From: Trueperaceae bacterium
Lineage (GTDB): Bacteria; Deinococcota; Deinococci; Deinococcales; Trueperaceae
Assembly: GCA_965214405.1 (NCBI GenBank)
Contig: OZ243956.1
Location: 160,001-224,000 of the forward strand
Direction of reading: 5' to 3'
DNA length: 64,000 bases
A program made the position numbers and the translations under genes. Below, piece by piece: positions 19,152-28,902 of the stretch (within the stretch, counting starts at the first letter, position 1; every line of letters begins with the position of its first letter). The notes under the pieces were generated by a model, which saw only the letters and a list, made by a program, of their open reading frames with translations, was not told where the DNA came from and ran no database searches.

Positions 19152-19281
19152 GCGGCCCTTTACTTCAACCTTTAATCCGGTATGACAGGATGCTGTCACG
19201 CCCTCCCAACTAAGCTAACTGGTGGAGTGACTATAACATGGGGATGGTTGAGAAGGGCAAGAGGCTCGAGCCTTCGTTAAA

Positions 19282-19305
19282 AACAAGGGGTTGCAACCCC
19301 TTGTT
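19282..19305. repeat. 24-bp perfect palindrome AACAAGGGGTTGCAACCCCTTGTT, copy 1
   Basis: Identical copies at 25837 and 30539. Confidence 0.9.
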
Positions 19306-19392
19306 TGGGGAGCGCATCGTTGCCAAAAGAGAAAATCGTTTTTGCGCGCTTACCAAGCGCGCTCGAGGATTTCTTATAACGACGTTGAAACT

Positions 19393-19770
19393 TTACTCCC
19401 CAAACGACAACATCTCTATCCGGTAACCGTCGGGGTCGTTAAACCAAATTTGCAGCGCGCCGTCGCCGCGCCTGCTGGGTCCGCGCGTCACCTCAACGCC
19501 TCTACTTTCCAAATACGCTTTTGCCTTGACCACGTCATCAACCTGCAACGCCAGATGGTATGAGTGGCGCTCCCTATCGCGGTTCATCGTGTCCAGCATG
19601 AGGTGAAGTTGCCCCTCACCCAACGCGAACCAGGCGACGGGAAAATCCTGGGCGGGAGGAGAGAGGCGGGGCAACTGAAGAACGTCCCTGTAAAAGGCGA
19701 CCGAGGCGTCAAAGTCGCGGGGGTAGAGGGACACGTGGTTTAGGGCGTGAACGTGGATAACGTCTGCCAT
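19393..19770 (-). CDS. VOC/glyoxalase family protein
   Basis: LNHVSL, FYRDVL, HLALQVDD, WFNDPDGYRIEM. Confidence 0.9.
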   Translation of the reverse strand: MADVIHVHALNHVSLYPRDFDASVAFYRDVLQLPRLSPPAQDFPVAWFALGEGQLHLMLDTMNRDRERHSYHLALQVDDVVKAKAYLESRGVEVTRGPSRRGDGALQIWFNDPDGYRIEMLSFGE

Positions 19771-19813
19771 GCTTCACCTCGCCCAGAGTTTACCTCACGG
19801 GTTCAGAGCGTAA

Positions 19814-21295
19814 TTAAGACGGCACGCTCGAGCGCCCCCGCGCGCTCACGGCGGGTTTGTGCTCAGCTTTTTTTTGGTGCAGCGCGGGCAGCAAAACGGT
19901 AAAGACCGTGCCCTCGCCCAAGCGCGACTCGACGCTCACCTCGCCGTGGTGCTGCTGCACGATCCAGCGCACGATGGCTAAACCCAGCCCGCTGCCGTTG
20001 CCCCGCGTCGAGCGCGCGCCGTCAACGCGGTAAAAGCGGTCGAAAAGGTGCGGGATGGCCTCGGGGGGGATGCCGGGGCCGTTGTCCAAGACCTCGAGCC
20101 GCACCATGTTCTTTTCCCCCAAGAGCGACATCGTGATACTGTCCGCCCCCGCGTTGAGCGCATTCTGGACGAGGTTTAAGACCACCTGTTTGAGCCGCGC
20201 CGCGTCGCCCGACACCTCGACTAAAGGCTGGGGCGTGGACACCCGGATGCGCGCGTGACCCGCCACGGGCGCGAGTTCCATGTGGAGGGCCTCGAGCACC
20301 TCGACCAAATTCATCGGGTGCCGGTCAACGGTAAAGCCCGCGTCGGCCCGCGCGAGTTCTAGGAGGTCATTCACAAGCTTCGCCATCCGTTCGCCCTCGC
20401 GCCGGATGACCGTGAGTGAATCCGTTTGCTCGGGGCTCGGTTTGGTGCGCCGCAACAAGTAATTGGCGTGGCCCGTGATGGCCGTAACCGGCGTGCGGAG
20501 CTCGTGCGAGGCGTCGGCGGTAAAGCGGCGCTGGGTCTCGAACGATTCCTCGAGCCTATCCAACATATGGTTTAGCGTGACCGCCATCTCCTGCACCTCG
20601 TCGCGCGAACGGGGCACAGGCACCCGCTGCGACAGCTCGGCCCCGCTCACCTGCGCCGCCGCTTTAGTCACTTTTTTGACGGGTAGAAGAACTTGCCTTG
20701 AAAGAATATAGACGCCCAGTGCAAAAACGGCGAACGCGCTTAGCGAGGTGTAAAGGAGCAGGCGGCGGAGCTGCGCCAACCGCTCGGTGGGCAGGGGTAA
20801 ACCAACGAAGAGCGCCACAGGCGCAGGTGGCACGTCCAGATCTAGCCGGTTGTCGGTTCGCATCGAGGCTAGCGCGGACAAGACGAGCAAACGGCTGCCA
20901 CCCTCGAGTTGTACCCGCCCGAAAGCAAAGCTTTCTTGCACAAGCTCTTCGTACACGTTGTCGCTTAGAGCTCGAGAAATACTCTCCGTGGTCGGGTTGC
21001 CGCGCATAGCGGTAAAGGTAAAGCTGTCGCGGATGTCCTGAACGCTAAGTTCATTGATACGTTCGGGCGGCAGCCAAAGAAGGCGGGATTCAAAATAAAT
21101 ATCTCGCGGCAGCGTCTTGACGCCCTCGTTGAGAAAGTCGCTCGAGCGAAGCTGTGCAATCGCCTGGATTTCACGTTCTTGAAGATTCTCTACCAAAGAC
21201 CGCTGCGTCAAAAAATAAACGGTCGCGGACACGACGATCAAAACAAACGCCAAAAAGAGCGTAAAGAAAAGAGTTAATCTGAGTCTTAGGGGCAC
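19814..21295 (-). CDS. Sensor histidine kinase (2 TM, HAMP, HisKA, HATPase)
   Basis: DASHELRTPVT H-box, NLVQNA, DNGPGI, FDRFYR, GSGLGL. Confidence 0.95.
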   Translation of the reverse strand: MPLRLRLTLFFTLFLAFVLIVVSATVYFLTQRSLVENLQEREIQAIAQLRSSDFLNEGVKTLPRDIYFESRLLWLPPERINELSVQDIRDSFTFTAMRGNPTTESISRALSDNVYEELVQESFAFGRVQLEGGSRLLVLSALASMRTDNRLDLDVPPAPVALFVGLPLPTERLAQLRRLLLYTSLSAFAVFALGVYILSRQVLLPVKKVTKAAAQVSGAELSQRVPVPRSRDEVQEMAVTLNHMLDRLEESFETQRRFTADASHELRTPVTAITGHANYLLRRTKPSPEQTDSLTVIRREGERMAKLVNDLLELARADAGFTVDRHPMNLVEVLEALHMELAPVAGHARIRVSTPQPLVEVSGDAARLKQVVLNLVQNALNAGADSITMSLLGEKNMVRLEVLDNGPGIPPEAIPHLFDRFYRVDGARSTRGNGSGLGLAIVRWIVQQHHGEVSVESRLGEGTVFTVLLPALHQKKAEHKPAVSARGRSSVPS

Positions 21296-21413
21296 CGCAC
21301 GCTTCCTTTACAAGTTTTTTGGACGCTTTAGAAGCGTCAACTAATCCGCGTCACATCTCGTTTGCAGCCGTCGTCAAGCTTTTGTCGCCACTTCCGCCTG
21401 TCCCCTCGAGCCG

Positions 21414-22091
21414 CTACTCCTCGCGCAGCACGTAACCCACGCCGCGCACCGTGTGAACAAGGCGGCGTTCGCCGTCGCCCTCGAGCTTGCGGCGCAAATA
21501 GCCCACATAGACGTCGACGACGTTGGAGCCGCCCGTGTACTCGGGCCAGACTTTCTCTTCTATCTCAAAGCGGTTAAAGACCTTGCCGGGGTTGCGCGCG
21601 AAAAGCTCCAACAGCTCGAACTCCTTGGCCGAAAGCTCGATGCGGTGACCGTCACGGAACACCTCGCGCCCGTCTAAGTTCATCACTAAGTCGGCCACGC
21701 GCACCTCGCCTGTGACCGCCGGGTTGACGCGGCGCAGGTGCGCGCGCACGCGGGCCAAGAGTTCTTCGATGGAAAAGGGCTTGACCAGGTAATCATCCGC
21801 GCCCGAATCAAGCCCCGTCACCTTATCGTCGACGGAGTCTTTGGCGGTAAGGATGATGATGGGCGTGTTGCTCGTTTTGCGGATGCGGCGCGCGACCTCG
21901 AGCCCGTCCAACACGGGCAGCATGAGGTCCAGCACGACCAGGTCGGGGTTCAGTTCGCGGAACTTCGACAGGCCGGTGACGCCGTCATAGGTGACAACCG
22001 TGTGATAATTTTCGGCCTGAAGCTCCAGGTCGATAAATTTGGCAATCTCTTTTTCGTCCTCGACAATAAGAATCTGCGGTTTGCGGTCCAT
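21414..22091 (-). CDS. OmpR-family response regulator
   Basis: IVEDE, LDLMLP, LTAKD, KPF, winged helix with TVRGVGY; leaderless (TATAAT 6 nt before ATG). Confidence 0.96.
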   Translation of the reverse strand: MDRKPQILIVEDEKEIAKFIDLELQAENYHTVVTYDGVTGLSKFRELNPDLVVLDLMLPVLDGLEVARRIRKTSNTPIIILTAKDSVDDKVTGLDSGADDYLVKPFSIEELLARVRAHLRRVNPAVTGEVRVADLVMNLDGREVFRDGHRIELSAKEFELLELFARNPGKVFNRFEIEEKVWPEYTGGSNVVDVYVGYLRRKLEGDGERRLVHTVRGVGYVLREE

Positions 22092-22178
22092 GAGGCGATT
22101 ATAGCGGGCATTTGATGAGAGACTTGATGAGAGGATGACAGTTTCTTGAGCGTTTCTCTAACTTTTCTCACTTAAGGC

Positions 22179-22245
22179 AGTGGGGGAGTGGTCAGTGAAT
22201 AGTGGTTAGAGGAATCTCATCACTACCCATTATCCACTAATCACT
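22179..22245. repeat. Inverted heptamer tandem hairpin overlapping the luxS stop
   Basis: AGTGGGG AGTGGTC AGTGAAT AGTGGTT ... CATCACT ACCCATT ATCCACT AATCACT. Confidence 0.65.
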
Positions 22246-22725
22246 GTCCAAGGGCACCGTCTCCTGAATGATGATGGGATTTTCCAGCACCCGCGCCGCC
22301 CAGGCCTGCGCGCCGGGGAGGGAATGGTCGCGGTAGTTGCCGCACTCGAGTTCGCTGCAACCGGGGATGGGGCCGGTGTGGGTGGTGACGGCCTTGAGGG
22401 CGTCGGTAAGGGCGTCTCGCACCGCCTCCTCATCGGGTTCGCCCAACGTGGTGAGATAGAACCCTGTACGGCAGCCCATCGGGCTCGCGTCGATGATGTC
22501 GGGGAGGCCCGCGCGGAGGTAGCCCGCTATGAGGTGTTCGATGGTGTGCAAGGCGGCGGTGGGAATCTCGGCCCTGTTGGGCTGAACGAGGCGCAGGTCG
22601 AACTTGCGCACCTCGTCGCCCTTGGGGCCGACGTAGCGACCCGCTAAGCGCACGTAGGGCGCGCGGACTTTGGTGTGGTCGAGGTTAAAGGATTCGACTT
22701 TAGGGGTTTTGGCGGTTTGCGTCAT
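22237..22725 (-). CDS. luxS: S-ribosylhomocysteine lyase
   Basis: VESFNLDHTKV, HTIEH, SPMGCRTGFY, CGNYRDHSL; leaderless (TATAGT 7 nt before ATG). Confidence 0.96.
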   Translation of the reverse strand: MTQTAKTPKVESFNLDHTKVRAPYVRLAGRYVGPKGDEVRKFDLRLVQPNRAEIPTAALHTIEHLIAGYLRAGLPDIIDASPMGCRTGFYLTTLGEPDEEAVRDALTDALKAVTTHTGPIPGCSELECGNYRDHSLPGAQAWAARVLENPIIIQETVPLDSD

Positions 22726-22756
22726 GGTGTTGACTATACCGCAGGTGTGGGCAACT

Positions 22757-23719
22757 TCAGTAACCGCGTTCTTTGTCTACAACGTGGTGCAAGGGTTCTC
22801 CAGCTCGGTAACGCGTCAAGTTGTCCAGGAAAATTGCAAACGCCCGCTCGGTGTAGCGAGGTGAAGAGCCCGAATAGTGCGAGGTGATGATGACGTTTTT
22901 CATGTTCCACAGCGGCGAGGTTTCGGGCAGCGGCTCCTCTTCGAATACGTCGAGCCCCGCCCCGGCAAGCCCTCCTTCCGACAACGCCTTGACGAGCGCC
23001 CCCTCGTCCACCACGCCGCCCCGCCCGATGTTGATGAGGTAAGCGCTCCTTTTCATCGCCCGAAACTCTTCCCCGCCCATCATGCCGCGCGTCTCTTCGG
23101 TTAAGGGCACAGTCAGCACCACGGCGTCCGCGTCGGGAAGGAGGTCGCGCAATTGGTCCGTCCCCGCCATTTTTGAGACGTTCGGCGCGTCTTTCGACGG
23201 GTCGTTGCGGACACCCCACACGGTCATGCCAAAGGCGGTAGCGAGCGCGGCGACGCGCTCGCCGATTTCGCCCACGCCGACGAGCAGGAGGGTTTTGTTC
23301 GTAAGTTCAAACACCGGCACGTCGTCTTCGCCTAGCCACGCGTGCTCCTTTTGGGCGCGCAGCGCGGTGGGGAGCGCCCTGGCGAACGCCAAGAGGAGCG
23401 CGAACACGTGCTCGCTGATGGGCACCGCGTGGATGCCCGAGACGTTGGTGAGGATGAAGTCGCTCGAGCGCACTTCAGGATAGCGCAATAACCAGTCCGC
23501 CCCCGCGCCCCACTGCTGAAACCAGCGCAGGTTGGGCGCTTGGGTGAGCAGGTCGCGCGGGAAACTCCCGGCGACGACCTCTATCTCCCCCAGCCTCTCC
23601 TCTATCTCCTCTTGGTCTTTGCTCACCACCACGTCTAGGCCGGGCGCGCCCTCGCGCACCCGCGCCACCTGCGCTTCTGTAAGCGCGCCGGGCTCGAAAC
23701 CGAGCAGCAGCGTCGCCAC
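22757..23719 (-). CDS. D-isomer-specific 2-hydroxyacid dehydrogenase
   Basis: GAGAD, VGVGEIG, INIGRG, LDVFEEEPL, ITSH. Confidence 0.92.
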   Translation of the reverse strand: MATLLLGFEPGALTEAQVARVREGAPGLDVVVSKDQEEIEERLGEIEVVAGSFPRDLLTQAPNLRWFQQWGAGADWLLRYPEVRSSDFILTNVSGIHAVPISEHVFALLLAFARALPTALRAQKEHAWLGEDDVPVFELTNKTLLLVGVGEIGERVAALATAFGMTVWGVRNDPSKDAPNVSKMAGTDQLRDLLPDADAVVLTVPLTEETRGMMGGEEFRAMKRSAYLINIGRGGVVDEGALVKALSEGGLAGAGLDVFEEEPLPETSPLWNMKNVIITSHYSGSSPRYTERAFAIFLDNLTRYRAGEPLHHVVDKERGY

Positions 23720-23901
23720 CTTAGGCTCCGCTCCGAGCGGTTCGCCTTACCCCGTCCGGCTTCAGCACCACTTTTCGCACGACCGTAAGCATGTCAGCAC
23801 CCTCTCCCGTCCTCTTGCCATCCACACTATACCGGTGCCAGGAGGTGGGTGTCACGCCATCTGGGGAAAGATTAATCTTTTTGAGGGTAGTTTATACAAG
23901 G

Positions 23902-24273
23902 TCAACCAAAAACAGCTTCGCGTTGATTTAGACCGCTCGAGCCACCCTCGCCCGTGCGCCGCGCCAGTTCCTGACGGCCCAGGACGAAGAGTTCGTAATC
24001 CTCCAAAGCAGCCGCGCCGGTCGTGATGGCCGTTTCCGCCTTGGCGACAACTTCGACCAGCGCGCCGTTCGGGCACGCCTCCAACCAGCGGCTCAGGGCG
24101 ACGCCGCTCACCACGCGCCCCCACGGGGGATGGACAAACGGTTTTGAACGGGCTCGAGCCCGCCCCCGAGTTCCTGTTTGCGCGTAGATGCAGCCGTACA
24201 ACGTGCCCTCGAGTAAGAGGTGTTTGGTTTTTGCCTGTTGTCTTGATGATGTGCCATAAAACCCCCCAAACAC
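23902..24273 (-). CDS. Hypothetical protein (start uncertain)
   Basis: ORF only, no recognisable motif. Confidence 0.3.
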   Translation of the reverse strand: MFGGFYGTSSRQQAKTKHLLLEGTLYGCIYAQTGTRGRARARSKPFVHPPWGRVVSGVALSRWLEACPNGALVEVVAKAETAITTGAAALEDYELFVLGRQELARRTGEGGSSGLNQREAVFG

Positions 24274-24439
24274 CTGTAAACCTTCTCACGACACAGGTGT
24301 TTCGCTCCGTTATTAAATCAAACGGCGCGGGGGGAGGCTAGGGGTGCGTGTACTTGTTTTTGGGTATACGCGGTAGTTAACTCTGTTAGAGCAAAAAACC
24401 GTTACGGTCAAACGTGTGAAAATGAGGGGCCAGCGCCTT

Positions 24440-25723
24440 CTACAGCCCGACTAAGCCGCGCTCTCGAGCCCACACGACCGCCTCGGCGCGAGAGCGCACC
24501 CCGATTTTGTCGTATACCACCGAGATGTAGTTACGCACCGTTTGCCGGGCGATGCCGAGCGCCGCGCCGATGTCGTCGTTGCTCGCGCCCGTGGCGATGC
24601 GCTCCAAGACTTCGCGCTCGCGGGGGGTGAGTTCGGCCACCTCCGCCATGTCGGTTTTACCCGCGCGGAGTTGCGCCAACTTTTCCATCACCGAGCGCGA
24701 GAACCAGGCGGTGTCGGTCATCACGACCTGGATGGCCTGCATGAGCTCTTCTTCGGTGCGCTTGCGCCCGGTGATGTCATAAAACATGTGCAGCCGCCCC
24801 TCGCCGCCGTCTAGTTGGATAGGGGCCGCCGAGGCGAGCACGTCGCGCACGTCGCCCCCCTTGGTCCTTACCTGAAGCTCTAAGTCGTGAAAGCTCCCGT
24901 AATCTCCCGCCACGTCCCCCGCCGCCAGTTTTTCTAAGTCCGCGGGCGAACCCCACAAGCCCAGTTCATCCGCGCTCCGGCCCAGCGCCTCGTCGCGGCT
25001 GTAGCCCGTGATGGTCTCGAAGCTCCGGTTCACGTCGGCTAAAAGGCCCTCCGGAGTCACGAGCACGGCGGCCACCGGCCCGGCGCGAAAGGCCTGGGAG
25101 AAGCGCGCTTCGGAAGCCCGCAACGCCTCCTCCATCGTGACGCGTTCGGAAATGTCGCGCAGGAGCCAGCGCAGGCCGACCCTTTGCCCGTCCTTGACGA
25201 TCGAGCCCACCTTGAGCAGCACGACGGGCTCCTGCTCGGTGCGCGTCCGCAGCCGCACCTCCCAGCCGTCGAGCGGGTCGCGCGCGTCTAACTGCTCGAG
25301 CTTTTTCTTAAAGTCCCGGCGCGTGTCCGAATCCAGATACGACGGCAGCGGCTTGCCCACCAAAAAATGCTCCTCGATGCCGAACAGCTCCGCGGCGGCG
25401 CGGTTGGCCTCGCGGATGGCGCCCCGCACGTCGGTCACCAAGTAGCCGTCGGGCGCGAACTCGAACAGGTCGCGGTAGCGCGCGCGCTCCTCTTCGACCA
25501 GAAGCTGCGATAAGACAAGCGTCTCGTTCTGCTCGCGCAGCTCCTCTTCGGCCACGCGCAACTCTTCCAAGGCCGTCGAAAGCTCCTGAAAGGCGTTTTT
25601 GATGCCCCCGACACCGTTTCCAACACCGCCCTCGCCGCTGCTCTCCACCCCATCGAGCTCACCCTCGAGCCCCAGGATATGCTCTTGTAAACTCTCGAGC
25701 TTCTGCACAAACCTGTCCTTCAT
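24440..25723 (-). CDS. Coiled-coil-PAS-PAS-LuxR HTH transcriptional regulator
   Basis: LEELRVAEEELREQNE coiled coil; two PAS domains (FEFAPDGYLVTD, DISER, DITGR); LTPREREVL...KIGVRSRAEAV HTH; no receiver domain. Confidence 0.9.
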   Translation of the reverse strand: MKDRFVQKLESLQEHILGLEGELDGVESSGEGGVGNGVGGIKNAFQELSTALEELRVAEEELREQNETLVLSQLLVEEERARYRDLFEFAPDGYLVTDVRGAIREANRAAAELFGIEEHFLVGKPLPSYLDSDTRRDFKKKLEQLDARDPLDGWEVRLRTRTEQEPVVLLKVGSIVKDGQRVGLRWLLRDISERVTMEEALRASEARFSQAFRAGPVAAVLVTPEGLLADVNRSFETITGYSRDEALGRSADELGLWGSPADLEKLAAGDVAGDYGSFHDLELQVRTKGGDVRDVLASAAPIQLDGGEGRLHMFYDITGRKRTEEELMQAIQVVMTDTAWFSRSVMEKLAQLRAGKTDMAEVAELTPREREVLERIATGASNDDIGAALGIARQTVRNYISVVYDKIGVRSRAEAVVWARERGLVGL

Positions 25724-25836
25724 CTGCTCCCGCCCCTATCATTTCTTCAGCACAAAGTTGTTAAGAAGTGAAATACCTATACCAATAGTACAAGTTTACC
25801 ACACCCGCCGTAAGCGGATGCTAAACACATCTAACC

Positions 25837-25860
25837 AACAAGGGGTTGCAACCCCTTGTT
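25837..25860. repeat. 24-bp perfect palindrome, copy 2
   Basis: AACAAGGGGTTGCAACCCCTTGTT. Confidence 0.9.
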
Positions 25861-25904
25861 TTCCCATAACCCATAGCCCAGTCCATACGCCAGCCTATAC
25901 CCCG

Positions 25905-26231
25905 CTACTCCGGCTCGTTCTGCTCTTCGGCCACCTCCTCGCGCACCCCCGCCTCCACTTCGGTGGTGCGAACTTTGTCCTCGAGCGCGTGCAAGTCGTC
26001 CTCGAGGTGATGCACCTCCCCCTCCAACCGCTTCGCCGTCTTCTCGACTTTTTTGGTAATGGCCCGCGCCTCCGCCACCTTTTCGGCCAGCCGCTCCGAC
26101 TTTTCGCGTAAACGCGCCGCTTCAGTCTCGAGCTTCTTTATCCCCCCCTCGTCCGCCTCTCCAGCTATCTCACCAGACGCCCCGTACGCCTCTTCCCCTT
26201 CTTCTTTTACCCTTCTCTCTTCTTCCCTCAT
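25905..26231 (-). CDS. Glu-rich coiled-coil hypothetical protein
   Basis: ATGA overlap with cheR stop and AGGAGG SD; heptad pattern. Confidence 0.7.
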   Translation of the reverse strand: MREEERRVKEEGEEAYGASGEIAGEADEGGIKKLETEAARLREKSERLAEKVAEARAITKKVEKTAKRLEGEVHHLEDDLHALEDKVRTTEVEAGVREEVAEEQNEPE

Positions 26232-28162
26232 CCCCCCTCCTTCCGCTCCTCCATGAGCAAAATCACGCCCCGCAGCGCGTCGTCAAACGAATCCATCGCC
26301 GAGACCATCACGCGGCAGGTGATGGATCTGCCGCGCCTGTTGACCGCGTCCAGCGAGAGCGCCTCGGGCTGCGAGCCGTCCGCGAGCAGGGTCCGCACGG
26401 GCGCGCGCAACTGTTCAACCGGCAGGCCGATGTCGAGCGCGAAAATAGACCTGCCGACGACCTCGTCCGCGCGCAGGCCCCACAGCTCCTCGGCGTGGGT
26501 GTTCCAGATGTAGATGTTGAGGTGGTGGTCTAAGACCACCACGCCCGCCTGTAAAGACGACAGAATCGCGTTTAAGAAGCCGTTCATGCGGTCGATTTCG
26601 TCGGTGCGGCGGCGCAGCTCGTCGTTCATCGTTTCTAACTCTTCGTTGGTGGACTGCATCTCCTCGTTCATGGTTTCTAGTTCTTCGTTGGTGCTCTGGA
26701 GCTCTTCGTTGGTGGTTTCTAACTCTTCGATCGTGCTCTGGAGCTCTTCGTTGGTGGTTTCTAACTCTTCATTAGACGACTGAAGCTCCTCGAAGGCGGT
26801 CTCGAGCGCGCCGTTGGCGGCCTCCAACTCGTGCTGGAGCCTTTTATGCGCCGTGACGTCTTGGAAGATGATGCTCGCGCCCAAAAACGCGCCCTCCCCG
26901 CCGTTTTCGTTGATAAGCGGCACCACCCGCACGTCAAAGTAGCGCGTGCCGTCCGCGCCGCTTTCGTCGCCTCCTTCCTCGCGTCCTCTGTCACGGCGCA
27001 ACGCGACGCCGTTGAGCTTGACGGTCTGGCGCTCCTTGAGCACTTTGTCTAAAGGTGTACGCAGGTCAACGGGGGTATAGGAAAATTCCAGGTCGCTAAA
27101 GGGCGTGCCGACGTGGTCATGGGTGAGGCCGAACACGGCTCGAGCGCGCTCGTTAATGAGCGCCACCCGCCCGCGCGCGTCCACCACCACCTGCGCCTCG
27201 GGGGCCACGTCGAAGCCTATTTCACGCAGCCGCACCTCGCGCGCCACGCGCCGCCCCGCCTCCTCCGTGCCCGCTTGCGAGAGCACGAGCAGCCGGTCGC
27301 GCAGGTTCGCGCGCTCGCGCGTGACGAAGACCCGGTGTTTGAGGCTCAGGGGCGCGAAGAGCTCGTCTTGCGAGAGCATTTCGGCCTTGCCCAAAAAGAG
27401 GACGCCGCCGCCGCGAAGCGCGAAGTGAAAGCGGGCTAAGAGCCGCCCCTGCACCTCGCGGTTAAAGTACATGAGCGTGTTGCGGCACACGAGCAGGTCC
27501 AAGCGCGAGATGGGCGCGTCTTGCACGAGGTCGTGCTTGCCGAAAATGACCGAGCGGCGCAGGTCGTTGCGGAAGGCGTAGCCGCCCGCTTCACTCTCGA
27601 AGTAGCGTTCGCGCAACCTTTCGGGCACGTCCTTGACGCGCTCTAAGCTGTAGCGCCCGACGCGCGCCTTGACAAGCTCTTCTTCGTCGGCGTCGGTCGC
27701 GTAGATTTTGACGCGCTGGCGGCAGCCCTCGGTCCCCAGCGCCTCGGCGAAGAGCATGATCAGCGTATAAGGCTCCTCGCCCGTCGCGCAGCCCGCGCTC
27801 CAGATGCGGATGGGGTCGTCGCCCGCGCGTTCTATCAAGTCGGGAATCACCCGGTCCGCCATATACGCCCAGGCCTCGGCGTCCCTAAAAAAGCCCGTCA
27901 CGTTAATCAGCACGGTGTTGAGCAGCGCGCTAAATTCGCCCGGATGAACCTCTAAATAGTCGATGTAGGCGTCGTAGCTCTCGACCTTGACGCCGCCCAT
28001 GCGCTTGTGGACGCGGCGGCGCAGGGTCGGGCGCTTGTAACCCGTTAAGTCTAAGCCGCGCTTGACTTTGAGAAACTCGAGCAGTTCCTCAAAGCGCTTC
28101 GCGTCACCCGGTGAGGCGCGCGGGATGCGGGGGCTCGAGGGGGCGTCTTCGGGGGGGCTCAC
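26228..28162 (-). CDS. CheR-family glutamate methyltransferase with PAS and coiled-coil extension
   Basis: INVTGFFRD, WSAGCATGEEPY, LLVCRNTLMYF; EELQSTNEELET repeats; two PAS domains. Confidence 0.93.
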   Translation of the reverse strand: MSPPEDAPSSPRIPRASPGDAKRFEELLEFLKVKRGLDLTGYKRPTLRRRVHKRMGGVKVESYDAYIDYLEVHPGEFSALLNTVLINVTGFFRDAEAWAYMADRVIPDLIERAGDDPIRIWSAGCATGEEPYTLIMLFAEALGTEGCRQRVKIYATDADEEELVKARVGRYSLERVKDVPERLRERYFESEAGGYAFRNDLRRSVIFGKHDLVQDAPISRLDLLVCRNTLMYFNREVQGRLLARFHFALRGGGVLFLGKAEMLSQDELFAPLSLKHRVFVTRERANLRDRLLVLSQAGTEEAGRRVAREVRLREIGFDVAPEAQVVVDARGRVALINERARAVFGLTHDHVGTPFSDLEFSYTPVDLRTPLDKVLKERQTVKLNGVALRRDRGREEGGDESGADGTRYFDVRVVPLINENGGEGAFLGASIIFQDVTAHKRLQHELEAANGALETAFEELQSSNEELETTNEELQSTIEELETTNEELQSTNEELETMNEEMQSTNEELETMNDELRRRTDEIDRMNGFLNAILSSLQAGVVVLDHHLNIYIWNTHAEELWGLRADEVVGRSIFALDIGLPVEQLRAPVRTLLADGSQPEALSLDAVNRRGRSITCRVMVSAMDSFDDALRGVILLMEERKEGG

Positions 28163-28195
28163 GGGTCTCCTGTCTCTCTAGGGTTGGAGTTCAAC

Positions 28196-28828
28196 TCAGG
28201 CGCTCCCGCGTGGTGCGTGAGCCTGGGCGGGCTCTACAAAAGCTTCTACGGCGGCGGCAATTTCTTCCAAGGATAACACAGCGTCCACCGCGCCCGTGCC
28301 AATGGCGGCTTCGGGCATCCCGGGATGCTCGGCGCTCTCTTCGGACTGCGCGACAACCCGCCCCCCCGCCGCCTTGACCGCCAGCACGCCCTGCGCCCCG
28401 TCGCGGCCCGTCCCGGAGAGCACCACCGCGAGCGCGCGAGGCCCGTAGATGAGAGCTGCCGACGCGAATAGTTCATCCGCGGAAGGCCGCACGTACTGCG
28501 TGCGCGCCGTGCGCGTGAGCGTGAGCGCGCCGCCGCCCTTGATAAGAAGGTGAAGGTCGGGCGGCGCGCAGTACACGGTGCCGCCGCGTAAAATCTCCCC
28601 TTCCTCCGCCGTTTTGACGCCAAGAGGCGTTTCCCGCGCCAAAATCTCCACTAAATAGCTCGGATGGTCGGACGGTAGATGCAACACCACCAACACCGCC
28701 GCGCTCAAATCTGCGGGCAGCGCTGCCAAGAGCATAGTAATCGCGTTCAGCCCCCCCGCCGACGCCGCCACCGTCACGACGAAGGGCGCGACCACCGGGG
28801 GAGCCGCTCGAGCGGCGCGCGAAGTCAT
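28196..28828 (-). CDS. Stand-alone CheB-type methylesterase (no receiver domain)
   Basis: AASAGG, LHLP, RPSADELF, LSGTGRDG, MPEAAI. Confidence 0.9.
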   Translation of the reverse strand: MTSRAARAAPPVVAPFVVTVAASAGGLNAITMLLAALPADLSAAVLVVLHLPSDHPSYLVEILARETPLGVKTAEEGEILRGGTVYCAPPDLHLLIKGGGALTLTRTARTQYVRPSADELFASAALIYGPRALAVVLSGTGRDGAQGVLAVKAAGGRVVAQSEESAEHPGMPEAAIGTGAVDAVLSLEEIAAAVEAFVEPAQAHAPRGSA

Positions 28829-28836
28829 TTAGATGG

Positions 28837-28902
28837 AGTGGTTAGTGGTGAGTGATGAGTGGTTAGAAAAAACTAACCACTAGCCACTCACCACTAATCA
28901 CT
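28837..28902. repeat. Inverted heptamer tandem hairpin overlapping the cheB stop
   Basis: AGTGGTT AGTGGTG AGTGATG AGTGGTT AG-A6-CT AACCACT AGCCACT CACCACT AATCACT. Confidence 0.75.

Noticed and set aside
15238..22725. A canonical lsr AI-2 quorum-sensing locus
   Set aside because: No lsrK, lsrR, lsrF or lsrG; luxS is separated by unrelated genes and has its own promoter.
23721..23830. Short ORFs upstream of the 2-hydroxyacid dehydrogenase (MLTVVRKVVLKPDG..., MARGRERVLTC...)
   Set aside because: No way to choose between frames; may be a gene remnant.
26620..26800. ~42-bp periodic repeats inside cheR, superficially CRISPR-like
   Set aside because: They encode the in-frame EELQSTNEELETTN coiled coil; there are no unique spacers and no cas genes.
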